From the IMG/VR virus record IMGVR_UViG_3300021963_000069, positions 1 to 64,000 of that record: DNA of 64,000 bases; one strand, given 5' to 3'. Positions 18,013 to 28,948 of this stretch are shown here, piece after piece. The translations under genes and the position numbers were made by a program. The notes under the pieces are model-generated. The model was not told where the DNA came from, did no database searches, and saw nothing but the letters and a program-made list of their open reading frames with translations. Each line of letters starts with the position of its first letter. Position 1 is the first letter of the stretch. The DNA comes from a virus.

Positions 18013-19224
18013 TCACTTTTTGGCGACTCTGCCTAGAGTCTGAAGATATGATTCCATTCTTCCGCTAACCATAGGTTGTTGGTTTTGAATGTCTGTGCTT
18101 TCAGATAAAGTCTCAGAGTCATCTATTTGAGCACTAGAAGATCTTGAAGGAAAATATGATTCTCTCAAGGTTACTAGTTTCTCACGATAGTTTTGTTCAC
18201 CATCAAACTCAACATTTTCAGCAAGAGAAGCGAGTTTGTCTTTCTGAGAAAGTGCAAGACCCTCAGAAATATCTGCAAAGATTACATCAGCAACTGATTC
18301 CGCCAATCTTCTATTTAGAGCAACGTTCTTTTGAATTTGCTCGTTGAGTTTTTCTTCCATTTCATCAAGGTTATCTACCATACTCTCAATAACATCATAT
18401 CTATCTTCAGGGATTGTTACATAATGATCTTCAAAAAGTTGTTTCATTCCAGAAAGGAATGATTCGGTCATTTCAGTCTTAAGACCGTGTTCGACTGCGA
18501 GAGCATTTTCTTGTACCCACTCATCGGATACATACTCAAGATAAGCATCGACACGCTCAACCAAATCACTCTTAATTGTTTCGATTTCTTCAATAAGAGT
18601 TTCTTCATAAGATGACTGAAGTTCTTCTTTGATTTCAGCAACCTTCGAACGGATCGCTGCCTCAAAGATGGTTCTTGCTTTTTCTTGGAACTCTTCGGAG
18701 AGGTCCTCGCCAGCAAGCAGGGCATTTACATCTTCTTCGATGTCATATTCTTCTTTCTTCATCGCCATATCCCCACCTTCTTCATTATCTTCAGAAGAAT
18801 AATTTTTATTTTTACTTTTACCTTTTTTATTTTTAGAATCTTCGTCCTCGCAAGATTCTTCGGTGACTACTTCTTCGTCTTCATCGACTTCTTCTTCATC
18901 GACAAGATCTTCATCCTCTTCGATTTCCTCCTTAACTCCTTGACCCGGAGTTTTTACCGGAGTTGCCGAAGTTCCTGATGCTTCTGCCTTTGCCGCTTTT
19001 GCATTCACTACATCTCTTACTTGGGCAAGAGTAGCAGCAGGATCTTTGATTTTTGCGGAATCGTCATCGGGACGATAATTTTCTGGAGTAGGACCACCTA
19101 GATCTTCCCAATTTCCGGTTTGTCCAGGTGCAATACCAGTGGACAACTTATGCATTGGTTCTGCAGGTGATGCTCCTTTGGTTACTACGTTTTCCATTTC
19201 TTGTAAATTTCTACCAACGGACAT
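18013..19224 (-). CDS. g22: Prohead core scaffold protein
   Basis: Acidic; contains ELSEEF..KA.TIFEAA and VDAYLEYV. Lies between g21 and g23. Confidence 0.93.
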   Translation of the reverse strand: MSVGRNLQEMENVVTKGASPAEPMHKLSTGIAPGQTGNWEDLGGPTPENYRPDDDSAKIKDPAATLAQVRDVVNAKAAKAEASGTSATPVKTPGQGVKEEIEEDEDLVDEEEVDEDEEVVTEESCEDEDSKNKKGKSKNKNYSSEDNEEGGDMAMKKEEYDIEEDVNALLAGEDLSEEFQEKARTIFEAAIRSKVAEIKEELQSSYEETLIEEIETIKSDLVERVDAYLEYVSDEWVQENALAVEHGLKTEMTESFLSGMKQLFEDHYVTIPEDRYDVIESMVDNLDEMEEKLNEQIQKNVALNRRLAESVADVIFADISEGLALSQKDKLASLAENVEFDGEQNYREKLVTLRESYFPSRSSSAQIDDSETLSESTDIQNQQPMVSGRMESYLQTLGRVAKK

Positions 19225-19263
19225 TTTTGATTAGTTGTGTTATAATCTATATTTATTTATAAT

Positions 19264-19914
19264 TTAAAGATTTGCGAGAAAATCTTGGAACAACTGTACT
19301 TTATGTTCTTGAAGGGTTTTTTCATCAACTAAAGTATTAATTCTACGTTTTGTTGATTCAACAAATTTTTCTCGTAGAATACCTCCCTCCCAGCACCATT
19401 CCTTGCCCTCAAATATTCCCTGTACGAAAGCATCGGGGGCAGAAGGATCAGCTACAATATCAGCGGCAGTCGCAAGCATAAAATCTTCACCGACGATCTT
19501 ATGACCCTCATTAGTCATCTTGAGTGACCCAACACCACGAGAAGAAACACCAAGACAAACACCTTCTTTGATGAGAGACTCGGCAATTTTCCCCATAGGA
19601 GTTCCAAGAAGTTGTGCCTTACCAATAAAATTACATCCTTTTTGTTCCAGGGAAATAATCTTGTGAGAAACACGGTCAAGATTTACCGTAGGTCCATCTG
19701 GATGACCGAGTTCTCCAAGAGCACGACCCTTACCTATGAATGCTTCATTATATCTCTTTACTTCACGAGCAAGAGTCTGCATAGGGTACATTCTACCATT
19801 ACGGTTACAAATGTCTCCCTGAAGGAAAACACCCTGAATAAAGGTTCTTGATACTTCATCTACCTTTTCGGTAATAAACTCTACCTGTGAGACTTCTTCT
19901 GTGATGAGTTTCAT
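19264..19914 (-). CDS. g21: Prohead protease
   Basis: NRNGRMYP, LGELGHP, GVSSRG and DIVADPSAPDA. Confidence 0.96.
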   Translation of the reverse strand: MKLITEEVSQVEFITEKVDEVSRTFIQGVFLQGDICNRNGRMYPMQTLAREVKRYNEAFIGKGRALGELGHPDGPTVNLDRVSHKIISLEQKGCNFIGKAQLLGTPMGKIAESLIKEGVCLGVSSRGVGSLKMTNEGHKIVGEDFMLATAADIVADPSAPDAFVQGIFEGKEWCWEGGILREKFVESTKRRINTLVDEKTLQEHKVQLFQDFLANL

Positions 19915-19915
19915 T

Positions 19916-20452
19916 TTACTCTGTGACTAACTGAACGATTTCGGTAATACTTACATCCTGTGATCCGGATGAAGCAAGAACACTTACTTTCACACTTCTA
20001 GCAAGAATTGCATTAGTTGTAGTAATTACTCCAACAATGGATGAACTATTGTGTGCGATTACCACCGAATCATCATATACAGCGGTGACTTCTTTGTGTT
20101 CCGTATTAATTCCTGATGGTTGTGCATTTTGAATGGTAACATAATCACCAACCAAAAATGGATTTCCCGCATTATTATCAAAAGAAACAATCGTCGATGT
20201 TCCTGTTGTGATTCCTGAAGGTACTGCCCTAATCTTCTGTCTGGCAATTCTTTCCTTTAGTACCTCATTTCCATATGGACCAAGATGAAAAGAATTTATG
20301 TTGGCAACAGGAGTTTCTCCGGTTTCAACATAAACTGACGTTCCTCCAGTAGAAACTCTCAAATATCCACTCTTAAGAACGATGGGATTACTAGTGGTAG
20401 CAGTACCAGTAGCAGTAATTCTATTTACATTTTGTACTACTTTAATTGCCAT
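19916..20452 (-). CDS. Conserved hypothetical (probably structural) protein
   Basis: Beta-rich ORF translationally coupled within the head cluster. Confidence 0.6.
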   Translation of the reverse strand: MAIKVVQNVNRITATGTATTSNPIVLKSGYLRVSTGGTSVYVETGETPVANINSFHLGPYGNEVLKERIARQKIRAVPSGITTGTSTIVSFDNNAGNPFLVGDYVTIQNAQPSGINTEHKEVTAVYDDSVVIAHNSSSIVGVITTTNAILARSVKVSVLASSGSQDVSITEIVQLVTE

Positions 20453-20619
20453 TACTCCTGTTCCTCTGAATGATCTTCATCTCCAAATAATGATGACGCA
20501 ACTTCTGGTCGAATATAATCAATTTTTTCAGCTGCTTTTGCGAATAGGATATCTTTAATTTTATCTGATATTTCAGATGCAGATTGTTGAGTTGCAATCA
20601 AATCGACAAGTTCTTCCAT
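20452..20619 (-). CDS. Small acidic prohead core-like protein, 55 aa (MEELVDLIATQQSASEISDKIKDILFAKA...)
   Basis: Hand-translated. Occupies the position of T4 g67/68 after g20. TATAAATA at 20644-20651 upstream. Confidence 0.7.
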   Translation of the reverse strand: MEELVDLIATQQSASEISDKIKDILFAKAAEKIDYIRPEVASSLFGDEDHSEEQE

Positions 20620-20646
20620 AAAAATAATTTACAAATATATATTTAT

Positions 20647-22311
20647 TTATATCTTGCCGCCTTTAGGTTCTTTTGGAGGTACTTCTTCTGGGGGCACTTC
20701 TTCTGGAGGAACTTCTTCTGGAGGAACGCCATCTTCCATTCCCGGTTCTTGTATTGGATTTCCTGCTTCATCTACGGGAGCATTTGGATCGGGTAGAATG
20801 CCCTTTTCAATCTCATCGTCAATCTGTGCGTCAATCTCAATAATTTCCTCGTCGGTCTGGCGAAGAATTTTTTTCCTGACATATTCAGTAGAAAAGTACT
20901 TGCCAATATATGCCTCCATACTCGTGAGTGTGGAGAGTCTATTTGTGAGCAACTCACTTTCTTTTAGTTCAGCGAAGTGATTGTCATATAAGAAATCATA
21001 TTGAATATGATCGCTCATTCTATTCCAATCTTCTGGAGTAACAATATTTTTGAGAATTAATTGAGTGCGAAGCATATCATTAAAAAGATTGGCAAAACGC
21101 TTTCTCAATCTACCAACAAACTTTGAGAACTTAAGTTCATCTCTTAAGATTTCCGAAGATCGCCCAAGATTAAAACCATCTCCCGAACCGGCAATTCTTG
21201 ATTCTGGAACTCCTAATGATCTATAAAGTTTTTTCTGAAAATATTCAATATCAGATAGTTCTCCCAGATTTTGACCTCCGGGAAGAGTTGTGATTTCAGT
21301 TCCTCTGCCACCTTCTCTACGAGGCAACCAAAAATCTTCCATCATAGACATAAATTTGCGATCATCTCTAACCTCTCCTGTAGAGGCATCATATACTAAT
21401 TTATTTCTATAGCGAGACATAACCTCTTTGAGATATTGCTCCGCTTTTACCTTTGGGAGATTTCCTACATCAATATAAAATATTCTTCTTTCTGGCGCCC
21501 TTGACATTCTGTATATTACCAAAGAATCCTCAATCATTCTCAATTGATTGAGGGGTTTGATTGCCTTATGAAGATAAGAAAGAACAGTTCCTTTAGTTCT
21601 ATCAACTAATCCGGAAGTACAATAGGTAATAGAATCTTTAGCGATTTTTATTGAATTTTTTGCAGAAGAAGTTAGTCCTCCTGCAGGATAATTTGATGAA
21701 GGACTGTAAATAAAATATTCTTCAATTTCTGGATATATAACTTGATTTCCAGAAAGAGAATTAAAATTAGATATATTAGGACCAGATTTGTTGTTTGGTT
21801 TTTTTTCTTGACGAACGTGCTTGATCTTCATAGGATCAATATATCTCAATTCCTTGATTCCCTCTTCGGGTTTCTTTACATCAATTACTTTGAGATAAAA
21901 TACTCGACCGTCAATATACCAATTTCTAAATATTTCGTGACATTTTTTATCAAAGTCCATCACTTCTTTGATAAATTTAAATTCTTCTCTGATTATTTTC
22001 TTAAGTTTATCGCTCGCATTTAAGTTAGATAACTCAATTTCCACCGGAGAATCATATAAATCGCTTACAAGAGCTTCATTTACAACATCTTCAATAGCAC
22101 CATCACATTCTGCGTGAATTGCCATTTCACGATATCTTCTTATTAAATCAGATTCTGTTCTATATACACCCTCAAGATCTACATATTGACCGTAAAAACC
22201 GCTCTGTATATAATAATCACTCCCGTCCTCATTATTTTGAGGAACGGGAGATACTATAGATTTTGATTTTTTGTCATCATCCTCAATTGAAAAACCAAAA
22301 AGTTTTGCCAT
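20647..22311 (-). CDS. g20: Portal vertex protein
   Basis: RAPERRIFYIDVGNLPK and EDFWLPRREGGRGTEITTLPGG. Confidence 0.98.
   Translation of the reverse strand: MAKLFGFSIEDDDKKSKSIVSPVPQNNEDGSDYYIQSGFYGQYVDLEGVYRTESDLIRRYREMAIHAECDGAIEDVVNEALVSDLYDSPVEIELSNLNASDKLKKIIREEFKFIKEVMDFDKKCHEIFRNWYIDGRVFYLKVIDVKKPEEGIKELRYIDPMKIKHVRQEKKPNNKSGPNISNFNSLSGNQVIYPEIEEYFIYSPSSNYPAGGLTSSAKNSIKIAKDSITYCTSGLVDRTKGTVLSYLHKAIKPLNQLRMIEDSLVIYRMSRAPERRIFYIDVGNLPKVKAEQYLKEVMSRYRNKLVYDASTGEVRDDRKFMSMMEDFWLPRREGGRGTEITTLPGGQNLGELSDIEYFQKKLYRSLGVPESRIAGSGDGFNLGRSSEILRDELKFSKFVGRLRKRFANLFNDMLRTQLILKNIVTPEDWNRMSDHIQYDFLYDNHFAELKESELLTNRLSTLTSMEAYIGKYFSTEYVRKKILRQTDEEIIEIDAQIDDEIEKGILPDPNAPVDEAGNPIQEPGMEDGVPPEEVPPEEVPPEEVPPKEPKGGKI
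20673..20727 (-). repeat. 15-bp tandem coding repeat (VPPEE x3-4) in the portal C-terminus
   Basis: GVPPEEVPPEEVPPEEVPPKE. Confidence 0.8.
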
Positions 22312-22346
22312 CTTATAAAATAAACTTGCTTGTTATTATCTATTAT

Positions 22347-22937
22347 TTAGTTGATATCTTCACCGCCAGCGGAAGCAGAGTTACCTTTAACAGCTTCCCA
22401 CCAGAGAATCTGCATTTCTACAGTAAATCTTTGAATTGCATCATTTTCATATGCAAGTTGAATTGCACTAATATTAGTTGGAAAAATATCATAAAAATGA
22501 TATGCTCTTAATGTAGAACCATCACGATCTAGTTGATAAACGAATGCGTCTGCGTGATAAAGTGCCGGATTAGTAACACCAGTATTATCAGAGAGACGAT
22601 TAATTTTATTCATCCAATTTTCAAATGCGGAACGAATTGAAAAATCGGTATCATTAATAACTGTAATAGTCCAGGACTCAAAAGTTCTGTCTCCGGCAAG
22701 TTTTAATGTTCTTCCTCTAAATGCAACATCTAAAGGAGTTATGGCGGATCCGGGAAGAGCCGCTGATTCTACTAAAAATCTTGATTTGTCGAGAACAGTA
22801 ACATCTGCTGGTGCAATATCCGGAAAGGATAAAACCACTTCGAAAAGATTACTTCTAGCGCCGCCGCCCGATAACTTACTCTTAAAGTCAGTAATCTTTC
22901 TTAATGGGGGCGGATTGAGTTGATTTCTGGTTGCCAT
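22347..22937 (-). CDS. g19: Tail tube protein
   Basis: GGARSNLFEV and FRGR.LK.AGDRTFE.WTITVIND. Confidence 0.95.
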   Translation of the reverse strand: MATRNQLNPPPLRKITDFKSKLSGGGARSNLFEVVLSFPDIAPADVTVLDKSRFLVESAALPGSAITPLDVAFRGRTLKLAGDRTFESWTITVINDTDFSIRSAFENWMNKINRLSDNTGVTNPALYHADAFVYQLDRDGSTLRAYHFYDIFPTNISAIQLAYENDAIQRFTVEMQILWWEAVKGNSASAGGEDIN

Positions 22938-22957
22938 AATTGATTAACCTCTGTTAC

Positions 22958-25141
22958 TTAAAAGTTTCCGATTACTTCTTCAAAATCAACACCAGTTTTG
23001 GTGGCAATAAAGGTAAGACCGATGAAGTTAATCGATCTTGCTGGTTTAATATAAATATCTGCTTTAAATTCATTTGCATCAATTACAGCAGCAGTGTTGT
23101 TTGTCTCATCGCAAATCACAACATAATCAAAAATACCTCGGTTTGCTTGAACGTCTCTTAAGAAGGGTTCAATCGTATTTACAAAATTGGTTCTTGTAAT
23201 TTCATCGTTAAACTCAAATAGTACATCCTTGGCAGCACGAGAAATCGCATCTTCAAGATAGATGAAAAGTCTGCGAACATTAATTCTATCAAATGCCGAA
23301 GGTCTTCCCAGACCTGTCTTATCACCAAATAGAATAATACCAGCTCCGGGTGAGAAGATAATTGGATTAATTCTATTCGAATAAAGGCGATCTCTTTGAG
23401 ATTTTGTTGGAGCATAGGCAAGTTTTACTGCACCTAAAATTGCACCCCTTGATGTTCCTGCGGGAGAATACCATGGGAAGAAATTAATATCAGTACGAGC
23501 ACAAAGACCTGCGATGTCTCCATTCATTGGAATATAACGATAAGTATTTGCGAACCTATCATACACATACTTATATGTGGAATCAAATACCGCATAAGAA
23601 GACGATGCTATAGGAGAGAAGAAACTTATCACATTTTGAGTAATATCTTCTGCTGCTCTAATTGTAGTATCTCCTTGTACTGGATTATCGGAAAGAAATG
23701 CTCCTCTATAAGGAGTTATGAAGGCAATTGCATCCTTTCTTATTTCGCAAACGGAAATAAGTTTATTCGCAAGTTCCTGTGCGGTCTCTTTGGCATAACC
23801 GGCAGAACCCATTAGAAGAAAGTCCGCTTTAATGTCTTCTGTATTCTCAAACAAATCATATCCATCTTTCAGTTCTGCTAGAGTTGATGTAAGAGCACCC
23901 GCATTAGAAAGATTTGTTCCTCCATCATAATTCAGTCCGCCAGATAAAGTATAGGTATTAGATCCGGCAGATCCAAAAATAACATTTTCGGCATCTTGGT
24001 CCCATCCATTATCAGTTGTTAAATCAAACTGACCCGCATCAAAACCTGTTGTGGTCAGTCCAGTTGGTGCTCCTCCGGCAAAAATGATGGAAGAACCTTC
24101 TGCGATATATTTTCTCCAATAAGCGGTGCTTCCTGCAGAAAACTCGGCATCGGTTGCCTTGGAAAGACCTAAATGCCTTTCGAGAATTGTTCCGGCATTA
24201 CCAGTAACGCTTCCTAAATCATCAATTACTACAACATGAACCTCATCAAATCGAGATCCTCTTGGTTCCGCATAGGATGATGTTCCGGGTGCCGGGGCAA
24301 CATTATTCCACTGAATGGAAGAATTAGTTAGTGTAATTGATTGCTGACTAAACCAGTCAATTTCAGAGGTATAAGTAGTTGATCCAACTCCTGTGCCTAC
24401 ATTATTTACAACACCAAGAGAACCGGTTTCTGTGAAGCAATATGTACCATCTTGCTGATAATCAACGATGGTTTCGGTTCCTGCCGCTGATACACGACTT
24501 AAAATTTTAACAGAGACATCTCTGGAACCGGTTGTAGTTGAAATTCCGGTAATAATTCCCTTCAAGTAAGAACCAGTTAGAGATAATGAAGTTCCGGAAG
24601 AGGAATCCACTTTACCGGCAAGGGATTGTGTTACTCCGTATCCAACTCGAATAACCGGAACTCCGGCACTGGTTGAAATACCACTTAAGATTTGGTCTGC
24701 TTTAGCGTCAATAATTCCAACCTTGATTCCGTTCGCCCAGGAACCAGGATTTCTTGCTGCAACTACAACTCCCGTAATCGTATTCTCATCATATCCAAGA
24801 TCTTCATAATTTTCTAAACTCTTAATCTTTACGCTACTTGCAGATCCAACAAAAGCATTTTTTGCATTTATGTCGTCGGCTCTCACAACTCTTAATGTGC
24901 CACCATACGCAAGATAAGACGAGGCAACTAACCAGCTCTCGTAGTGCTTATCTGTTGGATATGGTTCTCCAAAAATATTTAATAGATCATTTTCGCTCTC
25001 TACTAAAGTCGGTACATCGATAGGACCCTTTGCAAAAGGTGCTACAATTCCTCCTACTTTACCGGAAGATGGTTGAACTCTACCAGAGGTTAAGTCAACT
25101 TCTCTTACTACAATTCCAGGAGATGCTAAATTTAAGGGCAT
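22958..25141 (-). CDS. g18: Tail sheath protein
   Basis: SPGIVVREVD, PW.SPAG..RG, FDRINVRRLF and IKPARSINFI. Start at MPLNL. Confidence 0.97.
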   Translation of the reverse strand: MPLNLASPGIVVREVDLTSGRVQPSSGKVGGIVAPFAKGPIDVPTLVESENDLLNIFGEPYPTDKHYESWLVASSYLAYGGTLRVVRADDINAKNAFVGSASSVKIKSLENYEDLGYDENTITGVVVAARNPGSWANGIKVGIIDAKADQILSGISTSAGVPVIRVGYGVTQSLAGKVDSSSGTSLSLTGSYLKGIITGISTTTGSRDVSVKILSRVSAAGTETIVDYQQDGTYCFTETGSLGVVNNVGTGVGSTTYTSEIDWFSQQSITLTNSSIQWNNVAPAPGTSSYAEPRGSRFDEVHVVVIDDLGSVTGNAGTILERHLGLSKATDAEFSAGSTAYWRKYIAEGSSIIFAGGAPTGLTTTGFDAGQFDLTTDNGWDQDAENVIFGSAGSNTYTLSGGLNYDGGTNLSNAGALTSTLAELKDGYDLFENTEDIKADFLLMGSAGYAKETAQELANKLISVCEIRKDAIAFITPYRGAFLSDNPVQGDTTIRAAEDITQNVISFFSPIASSSYAVFDSTYKYVYDRFANTYRYIPMNGDIAGLCARTDINFFPWYSPAGTSRGAILGAVKLAYAPTKSQRDRLYSNRINPIIFSPGAGIILFGDKTGLGRPSAFDRINVRRLFIYLEDAISRAAKDVLFEFNDEITRTNFVNTIEPFLRDVQANRGIFDYVVICDETNNTAAVIDANEFKADIYIKPARSINFIGLTFIATKTGVDFEEVIGNF

Positions 25142-25204
25142 CTTTATTCTCCGTCTATCCAAAACTATCTAAAAGTATTTATAATTTCCTTCGTTTCTAT
25201 AAAC

Positions 25205-26911
25205 TTATCCATAATCCCACATATACGAGCGGTCTCCATATTCATCAAGATTCCACAATTCTAATGATTCATTCTTATTATCTGGTCCGGCAATCATCCA
25301 TCTGTCCCCAGTATCATTATCGATGGTAATTGGCGTATCATACTCATCTAATCCATCATTAATAAATCCAAAGGGGGACATATCCTGATCTATTTGATTT
25401 TTTTGCTCTTCATATATTCTTTTGCGAACATCATTTTCCGTCATCTCCTTAAAATATTCTTGTGCCACCAACCAAGAAAAGATTACAAGGCAAATCGCCA
25501 AATCATCATTACAACCTTCTTCTGCCTCAAATGTATTATGTTTTTGAATAAAAGTAGTTAATTCCGCAATAATATCATAATCATTAACAATCAATTTATC
25601 ATCTTCGATTAAAAGTTTTAGGTTAGAGCATCCTAATTTTTTAACAGAAGCGGTCATTCTCACTCCCATTTGAGTTCTTTTGCCACTAAATCCGGATCCC
25701 ACAACTTGACCCGCTCTTCCTTTCATAGAACACATTAAAATATTATTATATTCCAGATCATAATGTAATATGTTTGCCACCTGATCTCCAATATCATTAA
25801 TTTCTATTAAAATCCAAGAATTATTATATCCTCTTGCTACTTTCTCAATAATACTTGGAAATAGCATAGGTTTGATTTCATTATTTTTATATTTTGCGAC
25901 TACCTTATATGGAAAATTTGTAATGTCAAAAACAACGAATGCGGAGTAATCATTACCAATTCCTCTTGCCACATCCGCAGTCATCAAATAATCGTGATCT
26001 TCTTTCGGTTCTTCGTATATGTCTAATCCTTTATCACCTCTTTTTATTGGATCATCATAAACAAGTATTTTTAATTTACTTGGATTGATAAGTGTTCCAA
26101 TTGATCCCAAAAACTCGCATAGGTGCTCTGCTCTAAATTGCTCCTCACTTGTATTCGCAATCGTCTGTGCCTTCCACTTCTCATCTCTTCCCGGAACTTC
26201 AGACCAGTGAACTTCTGTGGGAATAAAATCGTTTTTATTTCTCTCGGCATCGTGCCACATTCGATAGAAGTGATTCATACCTTTTGGGGTAGAAACTATA
26301 ATAACTTTAGTGGATTTACCGGATGAAATTGTAGGATAAACCGATGCGAAAAACTCATCCGCAATATGATTTGGAACGAACGCAAATTCGTCCAAGAAAA
26401 TAATATTAAATGACATTCCTCGAACTGCGGATGCCGATGTTGATGCCGCAACAATTTTTGATCCGTTTTCCAATTCTAATGAACCCTTATTCCAAGATAC
26501 AATTCCCTGCTGCATCCATTTCGGAAGATTTTCATAAGATAGTTGTAATCTTCCAAGAAGTTCTCTGGATGTTGATGCCTTGTTGGCGAGAATACCAATA
26601 TTTACATTATCATTAAAGACGATATAATGTAAAAGATAAGAAACTGTTGTAACTGACTTTCCTACCTGCCGAGGCATTTTACAAATATTAAATCTGTGAT
26701 TATGAAAATTTTCAATTAGTTTTCTCTGAAAAGGATACATATTAAACGGGACAAGACCCTCATCTACGTTCACGATTTTGATGTAATTTTCGGCAAAATA
26801 TACGGGGTCTTCCTTACACTTTAGAAACTCAATAACTTGCGCTTCCGTAAACTCAATTTGAGTATTCGCCTTTTTTAATAGTGGATTACCAAGATATACA
26901 TTATCCGCCAT
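25205..26911 (-). CDS. g17: Terminase large subunit
   Basis: PRQVGKS, IFLDEFAF, ADVARG and NDDL. Uninterrupted. Confidence 0.97.
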   Translation of the reverse strand: MADNVYLGNPLLKKANTQIEFTEAQVIEFLKCKEDPVYFAENYIKIVNVDEGLVPFNMYPFQRKLIENFHNHRFNICKMPRQVGKSVTTVSYLLHYIVFNDNVNIGILANKASTSRELLGRLQLSYENLPKWMQQGIVSWNKGSLELENGSKIVAASTSASAVRGMSFNIIFLDEFAFVPNHIADEFFASVYPTISSGKSTKVIIVSTPKGMNHFYRMWHDAERNKNDFIPTEVHWSEVPGRDEKWKAQTIANTSEEQFRAEHLCEFLGSIGTLINPSKLKILVYDDPIKRGDKGLDIYEEPKEDHDYLMTADVARGIGNDYSAFVVFDITNFPYKVVAKYKNNEIKPMLFPSIIEKVARGYNNSWILIEINDIGDQVANILHYDLEYNNILMCSMKGRAGQVVGSGFSGKRTQMGVRMTASVKKLGCSNLKLLIEDDKLIVNDYDIIAELTTFIQKHNTFEAEEGCNDDLAICLVIFSWLVAQEYFKEMTENDVRKRIYEEQKNQIDQDMSPFGFINDGLDEYDTPITIDNDTGDRWMIAGPDNKNESLELWNLDEYGDRSYMWDYG

Positions 26912-26914
26912 GAA

Positions 26915-28165
26915 TTAATATATCTCTCTCCACCTTAAGGAAACACCAACATTAGTAGATGCATCTCCAATATTAGATACTAAAACCGCAAAAACTTCAG
27001 AATCTGTTGAGTCAAAATTTTGAGATAAGAAGTTTTTCTTTGAAGTTGGTCCAGATTGAATATTTGATGTTGCCGCTGATGGTTTTTGACTATTTTGACT
27101 GTCACCTGAGGCATAACCGCCCAAAAAGTCTTCAGAGTATGATGTCGTAACACCAGTTGCGGATTGATTATATTCAACTACAGACTCACTATTTTCAGTA
27201 ATCCAAGCACCATTAATTCCAGTAGAATTTCTAAGCTTTATGACTTGATATTTTACATTTGCACCTACAGTAAATACAGAAATATCTTCTAATTTTACAG
27301 TTGCTCTATTTGGATATTCTTTAAAATTATTTTTTAATTTAATAGAAATTATTGGAACTGTAGTACCAACCCCAACTGTTCTAAGATTAGTCGCATGAGA
27401 AAATTCTCTACCTGCTTCGGTATAACCACCTTCACTAATCACAGTAGAGCAAATTTGAATTAATGAACCACCAGCACCGACTTGTGCTCCACTATTTCTA
27501 ACTTCACATCTTACAGGAAGATTTGGATTAGACATATAAACAGTATTAAGATTGTTAGAGTTATAAAATTCATGTGCTATAATGTTTTTCCCATCCATAC
27601 TAAATCCACAACGAACCCTGCCAACTCCTAACCATTCAAAATCAGTTAAAAATAATTGTGTTTTAGTTATATCAATATTAAATCCGGATACTCCTGTACC
27701 GTCAAGTTTATCTTTATTCCACTGCGATTGTGGAATTCTTCTTTCAGATGTTCCAATACCAGCAGATACAAAAGAACGAATTACAAAACTTAAAGTCCCA
27801 TTAGGTGCTTGCTCTAAAAAAATACCATCTCTATCATCAAAATATCCAGTTCTTTTAGTTACATTTTGTTGCGCTGAACCAAAATTAAAGGAACTGAAAA
27901 TTAATTGAGATTTTCCGGGCATATAATGATGATATCTTTTAGTCTGGTGAATACAATACCCAGTACTACTTGTTCCAGATTGAAGAATTGCAGCTGCTTG
28001 ATTTCTATCAAAAGATATAGATGCCCCAGTACCTACAGAGATATCAATAAAATCTGGATCAATAGCATATAGATGCTTATAATCACCAAGAGTAAATGGT
28101 TCTGATGTTCTTAATCTACTAAAAGCATCTGTTTCTGGTTTAAATGGTTCGTACAAATGTGACAT
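26915..28165 (-). CDS. Probable virion structural protein
   Basis: DAFSRLR.SEP.TL, Y.PGKSQ and D.EWLGVG.VR.GF motifs seen in phage structural proteins. Inserted between g16 and g17. Confidence 0.5.
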   Translation of the reverse strand: MSHLYEPFKPETDAFSRLRTSEPFTLGDYKHLYAIDPDFIDISVGTGASISFDRNQAAAILQSGTSSTGYCIHQTKRYHHYMPGKSQLIFSSFNFGSAQQNVTKRTGYFDDRDGIFLEQAPNGTLSFVIRSFVSAGIGTSERRIPQSQWNKDKLDGTGVSGFNIDITKTQLFLTDFEWLGVGRVRCGFSMDGKNIIAHEFYNSNNLNTVYMSNPNLPVRCEVRNSGAQVGAGGSLIQICSTVISEGGYTEAGREFSHATNLRTVGVGTTVPIISIKLKNNFKEYPNRATVKLEDISVFTVGANVKYQVIKLRNSTGINGAWITENSESVVEYNQSATGVTTSYSEDFLGGYASGDSQNSQKPSAATSNIQSGPTSKKNFLSQNFDSTDSEVFAVLVSNIGDASTNVGVSLRWREIY

Positions 28166-28947
28166 TAAACTATCCTCCAACCGTTTCTATAAACAAAAGT
28201 GAGTGAACCAAAATCATACGCAAGTATTGCTCTATTTTTTTCATCAATTAAATCGGATCCGGATGGTAATATAGTTATATATCTATTTGTTCCCTGAGAT
28301 GCCTGACCTAATTCATCTTTTATAATATATGTCTTCCCATTCTTTTTCGGAGTAGGTAGTGTAATAGTGACTGCCCCCGCATAATTTACACCAATATAAT
28401 AATCCTGCGGTTTAATAGTATATGTAGGTGAAGTTACATAAGTAAGTGGCATATCCATATATGCCAAATTAGTTTCACCACCTCCACCTAATGTAGAGAG
28501 TTGTTGCTGAATACGAGAAAGAAAAAGTTTATAATGTTTTTGTAAATCATCAAGTGTTGCGAAGTTTTGATTAAGTGGTGATAAAGGGTCTGGTGTTTTT
28601 TCTTCTGGTGGAATATTAAGTAATCCTTCCTTTATGGGTTTCTTCTCTACTTTAGATAATCTGTCATAATAATCTGGCAACTCATCAATATGTTGAGATG
28701 CTATTGTAGTTGCCAGTTCTACATCTTTTGTGTGCTCTTTTTCTACTTTAGTTCCTTTTTTGAGTTGATTTTTAATTTGAGAAATAGAAACCTTATGTTT
28801 CTTTGCTAGTTGCTCTGGAGTTTTATGGGGTTTGAGTTGCTCCACAAAAAGTCTATCAAAAGAATCTCCAATCAAAGAATCTATTTCTTCTTTTTTCTTT
28901 TTCTTTTCTTCGGCAACTAATCTAAAAAGATCCGATAAATCACTCAT
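28165..28947 (-). CDS. Modular hypothetical protein (DUF5661-like EH..D...A..IA..H..E.PDYY module plus a fibre-like C-terminus)
   Basis: KVEKEHTKDVELATTIASQHIDELPDYYDRL and DYYIGVN....TITLP....G..YIIKDE.G. Confidence 0.55.
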   Translation of the reverse strand: MSDLSDLFRLVAEEKKKKKEEIDSLIGDSFDRLFVEQLKPHKTPEQLAKKHKVSISQIKNQLKKGTKVEKEHTKDVELATTIASQHIDELPDYYDRLSKVEKKPIKEGLLNIPPEEKTPDPLSPLNQNFATLDDLQKHYKLFLSRIQQQLSTLGGGGETNLAYMDMPLTYVTSPTYTIKPQDYYIGVNYAGAVTITLPTPKKNGKTYIIKDELGQASQGTNRYITILPSGSDLIDEKNRAILAYDFGSLTFVYRNGWRIV

Positions 28948-28948
28948 A